Source of the DNA: Octopus bimaculoides
Taxonomy: Eukaryota
Length of the DNA stretch: 64,000 nt
Assembly: GCF_001194135.2 (NCBI RefSeq)
Contig: NC_068988.1
Coordinates: 96,191,024-96,255,023 of the forward strand
Direction of reading: 5' to 3'
Part shown: positions 42,049 through 50,132 of the stretch, one piece after another
How the letters are laid out: every line of letters starts with the position of its first letter
Numbering within the stretch: the stretch's first letter is position 1
Notes under the pieces: model-generated
What the model saw: the letters and a program-made list of their open reading frames with translations, nothing else
Database searches by the model: none
What the model was told of the DNA's origin: nothing
Made by a program: the position numbers and the translations under genes

Positions 42049-44182
42049 AATAGAATCAGGAGGTATGAGAAGTTAATACAGATTTATTATCTCCATGTGA
42101 TTACAGCTGTTTCAGAACCTTCTCCATACTATATATTTTAACATTCAAAATTATATACATTTTACATTAATCTGTATATTTAGCATTCTATACTTATTCT
42201 TTACTCCTTGTGGAAACATTTACTACTTGGAAAGCCTAGATTTTAGGTTGCATGAACAAGTAATACTACATTATAATTCAATTACTCTATGAGCTGACAA
42301 CCAGTCTCTTGCTGGAATGCTTACTGTGAATTCTGTTTGATACTCTGAATCCAATTTTCTATTTCATATGTTTTATGTATATTATATAAAAAAGACTATA
42401 ACTTGAATTCTGGTTATATGTATTTTCCTTGTTTTTTTAGAGCAAATTATGTAATTTTATGGTAAAATACTTCAAGTTTTTGACATAAGTTCTTGAACAT
42501 TTAAAAATTTCAAAGGAATCTGGCCCTTAGAAACCAGGAAAACAAAAGAATTTTGTTCATTATTTTACCAATATGTAAGGAATATTTTCTGCCAATTCTG
42601 AATGACATGGAAATGAAAAGACTGCATGAACAGTACTTCACAGACAACACTCAGTCACAAAGATATCATGGACTGAAATATTTGCAAAAGATTTGAACCC
42701 ATGATATCCAATATTGTTTCAGTGTGTCTGGATCAGTCTCAGATCATCTGGGGATTTTATCAGCAACAGTCCAGTGTCTTACCCAGAGTGAGAGACTTAT
42801 TTCTCATCTCCTTCACACCATGACATCAGCTTTAATGCTGTGTGAATGTCAAGCTTTGAATTCAAAGCAGTGAAGATCCAACCAGGACTATATTAATCCA
42901 AACCAATGAAATAAACTTCTTTTGTCAAATGTCTTCCCAATGGACATTTCAAAATATGATCAAGCTATCTTTTCTTGGAGATTATTTCAACAAAACAAAA
43001 GAAATTTCTTTAAATGATAAATATATCAAGTGAACTTTTACCATTGTTTGAGCAATTTACAGAAATGCTGTCAGCCACAAGGGGTGATACTTTAGGAATA
43101 GTTTTCTTTGTCTTCCCATCTGGAAGGTACAGCAGACTTATTCGTTTTGGATCCAAAAGAATGAGGCTTTCTTCTTCCTGAAGCAGGAGAATAAAAGGAA
43201 AAAAAAACCCATTAATTATTTCTAAATTCTAAAATAATCATATCTTTGAGGAAGCCATGTATCCAGCTCTTCAACACAACACCTGCTTCTGTCTCTGTCA
43301 AACTCTCATATCCCTTAATATTATGCTTCATTCTGTTGAGGGGTTTTGTCTTGTAGGAATTTGGTCACTTCACCAGTTCTGGTACTACACACACACACAC
43401 ACAGACAAAAAAAAAAAAGAAAAAAAAAGAGCACTCAGTACACTCTGGGAAATAGTTGGCGTTAGGAGGAAAGTGGTAATAACCACGCCAAGGCAGACAT
43501 TGAAACTTGGTGCAGCCATCTGGCTCCTCCGTTCATGTCAAACCATCCAGACCCATGTTAGCATGCGTAAAGAGACATCAAATGATGATTTAGACTGATT
43601 TTGTAAAAAAAATTAACCTTTTTTAACAGGTAAAAAAAAAAAAAAAAAAAAAATTTGTTTTCCATTTATGAGAATTTGTGCAGAATAAGATGACAGTTCA
43701 AATTATAAAAATTACAATGCAATTTTTTAAAATTAAAGATTTAATGTCAATTTCAGCATACAGATATTAGATTCTACACATTTCCATGAAATTCTACCAG
43801 AAATATACACATAAGTACCTTTCCTAATGACTAAAACTTGACCTGATTGTAGGCTAGAATCATTATTATTTTAAGGTCTGATTTTCTTATTGGAACCGGT
43901 GCCCATTACAGCATTTCCTCATTCCTCTCCATCTTGGATAATCTCTTTCATTCAATCTCAACAGAACAGAACTTCTCTTCTGCCAAAGGAACTATTCACT
44001 ATCAGAACATGGCATCTCCCCCCCCCCCCCAGTACTGTTGTCTCTCCTCCTAAATACAAACTGGCAGTAAAGTAAATCTAATGCTTTACCTTTCCAATCC
44101 AAAGAATCTGTGACCATGGTTTCTTTCTTTTAATGTTTGTAGAAGCAATAACATTCAAATGAAGAGTTAGGTCTTCTACCAT
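1369..44182 (-). CDS. CPLANE1: CPLANE1/JBTS17 (C5orf42) ortholog, ciliogenesis and planar polarity effector; 32 coding exons in window, 3' end probably beyond the left edge
   Basis: Spliced exons all have GT-AG ends and matching phases. Peptides match motifs I recall from vertebrate CPLANE1: IKRKKPWSQILWIGK, AYSRDGQILAVAIN, YWIASMKW, HPHLPIIICSDGFLVT, WTVSRCLEYLLLSGLVPEAAWF..GDWK, HLPAPPFYLWQP, LAQWYIQQL, FRNFCGLTWFLHVRDQLS, QLIPPELIAGFKQ. Confidence 0.92.
2455..2880 (+). mobile_element. RTE-tail SINE-like element with 3 tandem modules (representative; other copies ~1030-1240+, 3305-3525+, 4255-4665+, 5567-5695-, 8180-8450+, 16940-17250-, 21120-21755+, 21960-22160-, 26295-26500+, 26915-27125+, 28555-28760-, 36920-37205+, 48060-48340+)
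   Basis: Shared 3' sequence ..AGGAAGGGCATCCAGC..CCGTCCAACCCATGCCAGCATGGAAAACGGACGTTAAACGATGATG in many copies. Confidence 0.85.
4981..5090 (-). CDS. CPLANE1: CPLANE1 coding exon 31 (EDKLEQPSADHESL..)
   Basis: AG/GT ends, phase 0 to 2. Confidence 0.72.
6475..6786 (-). CDS. CPLANE1: CPLANE1 coding exon 30 (FNEEINSLIAQQ...LDEP)
   Basis: AG/GTAAGT ends, phase 0 to 0. Confidence 0.8.
8455..8502. repeat. (TA)n microsatellite
   Basis: Direct reading. Confidence 0.95.
8604..8751 (-). CDS. CPLANE1: CPLANE1 coding exon 29 (..LMKMSHQLGVLDKLSLKMEEESRKTKL; coiled-coil-like)
   Basis: AG/GTGAGT ends, phase 2 to 0. Confidence 0.82.
9911..10349 (-). CDS. CPLANE1: CPLANE1 coding exon 28 (FKYESELSPVP...EDVNLQ)
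   Basis: 439-nt open exon after a long poly-T acceptor tract, phase 1 to 2. Confidence 0.82.
11588..11759 (-). CDS. CPLANE1: CPLANE1 coding exon 27 (KEESSHTFLNVIDV..)
   Basis: AG/GT ends, phase 0 to 1. Confidence 0.8.
13429..13583 (-). CDS. CPLANE1: CPLANE1 coding exon 26 (SDPVTELMTP..ILTPDIFLNL..)
   Basis: AG/GT ends, phase 1 to 0. Confidence 0.8.
14090..14204 (-). CDS. CPLANE1: CPLANE1 coding exon 25 (MDAVEAKKQTSDVSVVTD..)
   Basis: AG/GT ends, phase 0 to 1. Confidence 0.75.
14644..14762 (-). CDS. CPLANE1: CPLANE1 coding exon 24 (SFDNFLKLGAELG..RLESKK)
   Basis: AG/GT ends, phase 1 to 0; joins exon 23 to give FIFNPGSFDNFL. Confidence 0.8.
15432..15725 (-). mobile_element. RTE LINE ORF2 C-terminus
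   Basis: KCHSQTVEGIQGRGRPRKTWDEVVKHDLRTLGLTEEM; 68-bp duplicate across the N gap. Confidence 0.85.
15880..15976 (-). CDS. CPLANE1: CPLANE1 coding exon 23 (DKDQMESS..KDFIFNP)
   Basis: AG/GT ends, phase 0 to 1. Confidence 0.78.
16767..16839 (-). CDS. CPLANE1: CPLANE1 coding exon 22 (SIRRKKKEEEEETKSLEKTQRKVE)
   Basis: AG/GT ends, phase 2 to 0, needed to keep the frame. Confidence 0.78.
17620..18818 (-). CDS. CPLANE1: CPLANE1 coding exon 21 (1199 nt, low-complexity region with PLLxL motifs and QLIPPELIAGFKQ)
   Basis: Long ORF, AG/GT ends, phase 0 to 2. Confidence 0.9.
19939..20221 (-). CDS. CPLANE1: CPLANE1 coding exon 20 (SHSDPLSVSV...IQKLID)
   Basis: AG/GT ends, phase 2 to 0. Confidence 0.82.
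20768..20839 (-). CDS. CPLANE1: CPLANE1 coding exon 19 (INERSFATELSNVSAVSEIQQPQ)
   Basis: TTTTTCAG/GTGAGT ends, phase 2 to 2; frame-neutral, so potentially skippable. Confidence 0.7.
22190..22345 (-). mobile_element. RTE LINE fragment
   Basis: GEKLEVVDSFRYLG.QVSS.GG. Confidence 0.75.
23207..24810 (-). CDS. CPLANE1: CPLANE1 coding exon 18 (1604 nt)
   Basis: Longest ORF in the window, AG/GT ends, phase 0 to 2. Confidence 0.92.
25111..25330. mobile_element. piggyBac-type MITE (second copy 5382-5561)
   Basis: TTAA on both sides; TIR CCCTTTAGCATT..AATGCAAAGGG. Confidence 0.75.
25932..26147 (-). CDS. CPLANE1: CPLANE1 coding exon 17 (KEFDGPITEFPDILL..FRNFCGLTWFLHVRDQLS..)
   Basis: AG/GT ends, phase 0 to 0. 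Confidence 0.92.
27520..27699 (-). CDS. CPLANE1: CPLANE1 coding exon 16 (..LRHKTSVLIRLILIVLQGAKLSLPLAQWYIQQL..)
   Basis: AG/GT ends, phase 0 to 0; different frame from the listed 27527-27757 ORF. Confidence 0.88.
28132..28352 (-). CDS. CPLANE1: CPLANE1 coding exon 15 (..FHLPAPPFYLWQPSDL)
   Basis: AG/GT ends, phase 1 to 0. Confidence 0.9.
29189..29310 (-). CDS. CPLANE1: CPLANE1 coding exon 14 (DSLELSLPEDLHPSEILKRKL..)
   Basis: AG/GT ends, phase 2 to 1. Confidence 0.85.
29779..30004 (-). CDS. CPLANE1: CPLANE1 coding exon 13 (..WTVSRCLEYLLLSGLVPEAAWFSNKVGDWK..)
   Basis: AG/GT ends, phase 1 to 2. Confidence 0.93.
30597..30756 (-). CDS. CPLANE1: CPLANE1 coding exon 12 (..VVQTLARYMAMYFCN.QLFIFPP..)
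   Basis: AG/GT ends, phase 0 to 1; VVQ..AR.MA.YF.N motif. Confidence 0.9.
31020..31285 (-). mobile_element. tRNA-derived SINE, third family (another copy ~9235-9450+)
   Basis: Minus strand GAGCTGGCAGAATTGTTAGCACG..GAGTTCAAATTCC..GGGGTCGATAAATTAAGTACCAG. Confidence 0.75.
31560..31777 (-). CDS. CPLANE1: CPLANE1 coding exon 11 (..ILHALLYTYLLRGQLAKAMEMV..)
   Basis: AG/GT ends, phase 1 to 0. Confidence 0.85.
32019..32445. other. Assembly gap (others: 15604-15613, 21300-21401, 37291-37341, 50264-50513)
   Basis: Runs of N. Confidence 0.99.
32640..33310 (+). mobile_element. RTE-clade LINE reverse transcriptase fragment (degenerate)
   Basis: DAIFLVRQLQERYLAKHKPLFLAFIDLEKAFDKVPR, VGVHQSSVLSPLL, YAND (YADD-like). 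Confidence 0.9.
33478..33552 (-). CDS. CPLANE1: CPLANE1 coding exon 10 (ERYSLESRHTLAEDAWKEQLAKLK)
   Basis: AG/GT ends, phase 1 to 1; too short for the ORF track. Confidence 0.8.
34371..34579 (-). CDS. CPLANE1: CPLANE1 coding exon 9 (LLPTWKLLMKHAE...)
   Basis: AG/GT ends, phase 2 to 1. Confidence 0.85.
34846..35315 (+). mobile_element. tRNA-derived CORE-like SINE (composite, with (TA)n/(TG)n spacer and 3' domain); other copies ~216-620-, 15085-15225+, 26700-26870-, 62350-62600, 63860-64000+
   Basis: A-box-like GTGTGGTAAG, B-box-like GGTTCAGTCCC, CORE-like GGCACCTTGGGCAAGTGTCTT. Confidence 0.8.
35329..36405 (-). CDS. CPLANE1: CPLANE1 coding exon 8 (1077 nt; HPHLPIIICSDGFLVT...)
   Basis: Long ORF with AG/GT ends, phase 2 to 2. 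Confidence 0.92.
37684..37866 (-). CDS. CPLANE1: CPLANE1 coding exon 7 (YYWIASMKWTYNNLFVVCILNSGS..GPAFFLPIHP)
   Basis: AG/GT ends, phase 2 to 2. Confidence 0.9.
38433..38675 (-). CDS. CPLANE1: CPLANE1 coding exon 6 (..AAYSRDGQILAVAINK..)
   Basis: AG/GT ends, phase 2 to 2. Confidence 0.9.
40196..40305 (-). CDS. CPLANE1: CPLANE1 coding exon 5 (VVGCCCNCSFLL...)
   Basis: AG/GT ends, phase 0 to 2; CC.CSF motif. Confidence 0.85.
40828..41045 (-). CDS. CPLANE1: CPLANE1 coding exon 4 (SYSIYLSDDATKILVAASDGSVYIW...)
   Basis: AG/GT ends, phase 1 to 0; beta-propeller-like strands. Confidence 0.88.
41856..41975 (-). CDS. CPLANE1: CPLANE1 coding exon 3 (LYLAGLLQNGSVFLWKKD...)
   Basis: AG/GT ends, phase 1 to 1; LAG.L..G..FLW.KD motif. 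Confidence 0.9.
43042..43177 (-). CDS. CPLANE1: CPLANE1 coding exon 2 (EEESLILLDPKRISLLYLPDGKTKKTIPK...)
   Basis: AG/GT ends, phase 0 to 1, 136 nt. Confidence 0.88.
44090..44182 (-). CDS. CPLANE1: CPLANE1 coding exon 1 (MVEDLTLHLNVIASTNIKRKKPWSQILWIGK); exon extends into 5'UTR to an acceptor at 44234
   Basis: ATG at 44182, donor AAG|GTAAAG, upstream acceptor TTTTAACAG; KKPW..I.W.GK motif. Confidence 0.9.
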
Positions 44183-45019
44183 ATTGACTTTGGCTTTTAA
44201 ATAGATATTTCACATTTTACTACTGGCTTCCTACCTGTTAAAATAAAGAAAATATAATTGTCATATCATATATATATATATATAATTTCATACAAGGTTT
44301 CCTGAGCATAAATGTGTAAGAAAAGGGAAGTTTCAAATGAATGAAACCCCAGTGCATAACTCATTACATGTTTTATTAGGGATGCAAAATTAATGATGAT
44401 GATGATGTGTGGGTCTGTACATGTTTAGTGTTTTGAATAAATACAGTTCTTTTGAATGTCTGTGAAGGTGCATGGCTCTGTGGTTGGAGCGCCGAGCTTA
44501 CGACCGTGAGGTTGGGAGTTCGATTCCTGGACCAGGCTGCATGTTGTGTTCTTGAGCAAGACATTTTATTTCACGTTGCTCCATTTCACTCATCTGTAGA
44601 AACATTTATAAGAAGGTGGTTTTCAAAAGATATTTTACGTAAGACTTTGCTTGCTGTGTGTTATATGAAATTGCTATTGTAACATGAGTGACCTCACCAC
44701 ACCAAATAATTGTAAAGTGAGCTGGACGAAGTAGCTTCTGCTTAGTGGTTTGACACACTAGCTAAATTGCTATGGAATAACAGCTGGTTATTTTAAAGAG
44801 AGAATATATTGGCAAATGTAGTTCTAGAAGAGCTATTTCGGAAAATGAGAGGGGACGGTCACGGTTGCACAAACTTGGATCGTAGGTCTGTTCGCTCAGG
44901 GCTGAAACCGGTACTAAACAACTCTAACAATTGTTAAACAGGCACTGGAATTTGGTACATCTCAGCACTGTAAAGTTTGGGAATGTTGTACGAAAAAAGT
45001 GTTTCATTAAGTTACAAAC

Positions 45020-45090
45020 CTTCTTCGAGTCTGAACATGGAACTGAACAATGGACGCCAACAAGTTAACTTGCGGTAGTTACACAGCACA
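45020..45090 (-). promoter_or_regulatory. Candidate non-coding first exon / promoter region of CPLANE1
   Basis: Coding exon 1 has an upstream acceptor, so a non-coding exon must exist. There is a plausible donor GAAG|GTTTGT at 45020 in CpG-containing, non-repeat sequence, with a degenerate X-box-like GTAACTACCGCAAG. Confidence 0.3.
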
Positions 45091-45372
45091 AAAACCTAAG
45101 GGGCTTCTCCCAAAATATGTGAGCGTTTGTGTGTGTGTATATATGTATATGTGTGTGTGGGCGTATGTATGTTGGGCGTGCGTGTCAGCACTTCGAAAGT
45201 TTTCTGGGTAAAAACAAATTTATAGCTTTTTAAGTATGAAATAATTTCAGAGATTGAAGTGTAGCAACCGAAAAGAGAACTTCTAATTTTGTTTCAATAA
45301 ATTATAATTTTCCTTTAAAATCTATTAAATAAAATAAACAAAGTGTATATTTAAGCCATAGCATATATATAC

Positions 45373-45403
<31 letters not shown>

Positions 45404-45835
45404 TGTATTCATATATACACACATTGAGACTTGGAGTGATGGTTCTTAGCAACAGAAATACAAAACTGTAATACAATGTAGAAAAATGTGGACTTAATGA
45501 TTTACGAGGCGTTCAAAGAACCTATATACTATAAGAATAAAGAGAAAGTTACAAAAGTAAGCCTAACAAGTTAATACTATTGAATCAATAATATCTACGG
45601 TCGTTTCAAACAAAAGAAACAAAATATAGTGGATGTGATAAAAAGTGTGTAGTTACTTGCCAACCGAAAGTAAACAATGTCTGGTCTCCATATTTAAAAC
45701 TCTACAGGTTCTCCCGTCATGCATCCGAAATAAGAGTTATTTCCCCTTTCGGTCTCTTGGTTAAAGTGCGCGACCGACTTTGAAATTCTTTCCGTTCTTT
45801 GACTGTTTCCTTTGTGTTACGGTTGCCCGGTAGAG

Positions 45836-46165
45836 GCGCAATGGCAGCGGTCACAGGATCGCGGTTTCGATTCCCAGACCGGGCGTTGTGAGTGTTTATT
45901 GAGCGAAAACACCTAAAGCTCCACGAGGCTCCAGCAGGCGAACCCTGCTGTACTCTTCCACCACAACTTTCTTCCTGTTTCTGTTGTACCTGTATTTTCA
46001 AAGGGTCAGCCTTGTCACACTGAATATCCCCGAGAACTACGTTAAGGGTACACGTGTCTGTGGAGTGCTCAGCCACTTGCACGTTAATTTCACGAGCAGG
46101 CTGTTCCGTTGATCGGATCAACTGGAACCCTTGACGTCGTAAGCGACGGAGTGCCAACAACGGTT
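45836..46165 (+). mobile_element. Young tRNA-derived SINE (CpG-rich); decayed copies at ~7020-7250- and 63550-63820-
   Basis: B-box GGTTTCGATTCC, many intact CpGs, 3' GTGCCAACAAC tail; explains the 161-aa antisense ORF 45717-46202. Confidence 0.8.
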
Positions 46166-46879
46166 GCCCGGCGATCTTCGTAAACATGTTATTATCAGAC
46201 AATAAAACTGAAAAAAAAAAAAAAAAACTAAGGGGAAAATGTCTACATCCCTATAGCGTCTTTGTTTTCAATCATTAGACCGCAGCAATACTTCAGCATC
46301 AACTTGAAGAATTTTTGGCGAACTTAGTCTATCGGTCTGTTTTAACGAACCACTACGTCACGGACACGTAAACACACGCCTACGAAATCCACTCACGGGG
46401 GATTGAACGCGGAACCATGTGGTTGGGGAGCAGACTTCTTACCACTGAGCCACACTTGCGTCTGGAATTAATCTTCACGAAAATTTGTGCTTTTTAATGC
46501 TCTTTTCTACAAATACTTTTTAAATGGTGAAGATTACGATAGTGACCTTGCACACATACATACTGACACAATTTTTTCAAAATTTCTTCATTTTGTGTGT
46601 GTGTGAATGTGATGTGTAATGCAAGTGTTGAGAAATTAAGTACCAGTTGCGTACTGGGGTCAATCGAATTGACTACACCCACCAAAACTTCGGGCTTTGT
46701 GCCTAGAGTAGAAAAGAATAGGTTGTAACATTATTTTCCCAGGGAACCCATTTTTGCTCTTGCATTCCAACGGAGGTAGGGAGGGATGAAGTATGTGCTA
46801 ATTTTGCTCACTGATGATAACAATAGCTGAGAAGGGATGAGATGTGATGGGTATAGGGGCAGGGCCTAGCACGTATAGG

Positions 46880-47420
46880 CATAAACAAAATATTCTTTGG
46901 ACTTCATTTTCGTGACAGATGGATTTTTCCTGAGCACAGTGAATTGGCAATCATCTTTGCCCTTTATCATCTCCTCTGTGAGGCACAGCATTTTTAGATC
47001 AGCCTTTACTACCTTGTCCTATTGTCTTCCTGGGTTTCCCTCTTTCATAAGTTTCATCCACTTCTAGTGATTGGTACTTCTTTATACAACTGTCCTTATC
47101 ACATTACATCTGATTCCTCTTACGCATAATTTTCTTTCAACACATTTGTACTTTATTTGTTCTACTCTAACATTGCACATCCAATGGAGTAAACTAACTT
47201 CATTGGTCCTCTGCATTCATGGCCCATATCTCACAGCCATGTAGCATTGCTGTTTGTACTCAAGCATCATACAATCTGCTTTTCACTCTAAGAGAGACCT
47301 TTTGTTGCCAAGAGGTAATAGTCCTCCAAACTTTCTCCATCATATTCTTATTCTAGCAACTATACTTTCAGTATATCCCCCTCCACTGCAAATTAGGTCA
47401 CCTAGATAACAGAAATTATT
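46880..47420 (-). mobile_element. RTE LINE fragment (post-RT region)
   Basis: FCYLGDLICSGGG..ESIVARIR; LYDA..AMLHGCEIW. Confidence 0.8.
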
Positions 47421-48934
47421 TGTGTGTCCTACTACAAACTGTGATGGCTTCAACCATACAAAGCTTATATAATTTACAACTGAAACAAAAAAAATGAAGG
47501 CCAAGACACAGTCAGTACTCACATGACATACAATTATTATTGTCCTCACAACAAAGAAATTTTAGCAATATAAATGTGATTTTATAATGAAATAACTGAA
47601 CCTGTTTGAGTAACAAAAGACCGAATTCATTTCACTTGTCGATGAAACACCTTTTATTCAGCAAAGTTGAGACATTTGTGTCAATGCAGGGGTTGTAGTA
47701 GTAGTATTGATGTACACTAGTGGTAGTGGTTATGTCAGGGACAGGTTTCACTAGAACACTACTCCTACAATGAACGTGACCAAATTTGCCGAGTTGAAAA
47801 TATTAATTCTCTCTACTTAATGGTTAAGATGTTGCGTTCATCATCACAAAATGGTTTTGATTCCCAGACTGAGTGGAGCATTGTGTTGTTGAACAAAACC
47901 CATCATTTAAACATTGTTCCAGTTCACTCGACTGTGACCCATTCAGAAGGGTAAATGTCACTTCTATGCCATGGCAACTGGCCCAGTCAGTCTTGGACTC
48001 ATGATAGAACTTACTGCTCTCTTAGTACTGTGTCCACACTATATACTGCTGACTATTCAACATGCATCTGAATGTGGCCGATGCCAGTGCCTCTTGACTG
48101 GCTCCTGTGCCAATGGCATGTAAAAAGCACCATACAAGTGTGGTCCATGCCAATGCCTCCCGACTGGCACGTAAAAAGCAGCATTTGAGCATGGTTAATG
48201 CCAGTGCCCTCAGACTGGTCCCATAAAAAGCACTCACTACACTCTTAGGGTGGTTGGCATTAGCTGCAGAAACATTGCCAGATCAGATTGGAGCCTGGTG
48301 CAGCCTCCTGACTTATCAAACTGTCCATCCCATGATGATTAGCTGATTATGAAGTGTATTCTATTGTGATGCCGATTAAGTGACATCCTATAATTTAATA
48401 AGCAGGAGAGAAAGAAGGGTCATCATCTTGTACGAAACAAGAAAATAAGGAAACCATTGTGTGTGTGTGTTAGTCTCCTTGTCTTGGCATCATGTGATGG
48501 TTGTTTAGATGTGCTGCAGCAGAACCATCTAAATAACAGCTCCACTCAGAAGGTTGAAAGAGAAGATATTGCTTTGTGAAGAAAGAACACCGTGTATTGA
48601 ACATCTGAGAACCAAGTTGTATTTCTTTTTTTTTACACCTTTTACTCAAGGTCTCAGATATGTACAAGTAGAATAAGTTATACAAAACATTTACAAGTGA
48701 AGACCATATTCATCTTTTGTGGAATCCAAGACATAGTGGCTGAATGTCTACTTGCTGTTGCTTGTCTCATGGTTGTGCATCTCTCTCCAAAGTGAGATTA
48801 AGAGCTGAGGCAGTCATGTCTTGCTCCTGTCAGCCGCAGTGAGAAAGACAGAGAGGTAAGTCCTAGAATTCCAAAGTTACAAGCTACTCCACCTAGCCAT
48901 TCTGAATTATTTCTCTTAGCTGTGTGTATATATA

Positions 48935-49225
48935 TTGGGTTGACAAGTAAATTTTGTTTTTTAGTGAAATAAATCATTTCTTTTCCTACAAAGAATGAAC
49001 TTTAATCAATTATATATTTTCCATTTTGTCCGATGACCTACCAACTTCATGATCCCACACTCATCATAGAACTTCCGGTTTCATGTCATCATTATTGAAC
49101 GTTTTACTATTCAAAGAATTTTGCAAACTTTCAAATAAATGGTAATCTGATGGTGCAAAGCCTTTATGGTGGACGTGGAATCACCTCCCAACCAAGATCC
49201 AATAATTTTTCATGAGTTAGCAAAG
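48935..49225 (-). mobile_element. Mariner 3' fragment
   Basis: Minus strand encodes LAPSDYHLF..LQNSL; TIR TTGGGTTGACAAGTAA preceded by TA. Confidence 0.75.
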
Positions 49226-50110
49226 CCTTGTGATCAGTTTTCGTCATTTGTTTTTCTTGGGGTTGCCTTCACAGCTACCAAGAAGGCAATTGTTTGATTT
49301 TATTCTGAGAAGATACTCATTCAGAGTGAAAGGTAGACTGTATGACGCTTGTGGGTGAACAACTATGCTACACAGCAGTGAAACATGGGCCATGACTGCT
49401 GATGATATGCGTAGGCTTGAAAGAAATGAAGGTAGTATAATTTGCTGGATGTGTAATGTCAGTGTGCATACATGACAGAGTGTAAGCGCCCTGAGAGAAA
49501 AGTTGGACATAAGAAGCCTCGGATGTGGTGTGCAAGGGAGACAACTGCATATGGATGAGGACAGCTGTCAAGTGTCACACCCTAACAGTGGAGAGAACCC
49601 GTGGAAGAGGTAGACATGGGATGAGGTGGCGAAAAACACAAACTTCTGTAAAACCAGGTTCTGGTGGGAGCTGGATGCTTTTTATGTTGTACTGGCACCA
49701 GGCTCTTGAAGACCAATCCTCTTCACCAGGGGATGAGGAGCCATAACACTTGTTTTGTATAGAGAGATGTTTTTGCTTTATTGCCTTCATCCTTATTCTT
49801 CTCACTCAGCAGCGAGAAAGAATGAAAGTAAATGTAAACAATGCAAAGAAAAGGGGGAGGGGAAGAGAAGAGTCACTATCTCTGGTACCAGTTTGAGCAG
49901 AGAGAGAGAGAGAGTTGCTGCCAGATCCCTTGCACCAAGTACACCTTGACAACAAAAGTATTAACAGGTAAGACAGGCAAAATGTGACCCATGACCCAGT
50001 AACTCTCAAAAAGAGTCAATAACTCTAAAAATCCAATGCACTTTTCGGCAAATTAATGCATTCATGGGTTAAGCAAATAACAAACAACACAACAAGAATA
50101 AAATTCACCC

Positions 50111-50116
50111 TTTATT
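50111..50116 (-). terminator. RPS20: RPS20 polyadenylation signal
   Basis: AATAAA 16 nt after the TAA stop. Confidence 0.8.
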
Positions 50117-50132
50117 GCAAAATGTCCATGAT

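Noticed and set aside
45717-46202. 161-aa minus-strand ORF upstream of CPLANE1
   Set aside because: It is the antisense of a young CpG-rich tRNA-SINE; no splice or protein-family signal
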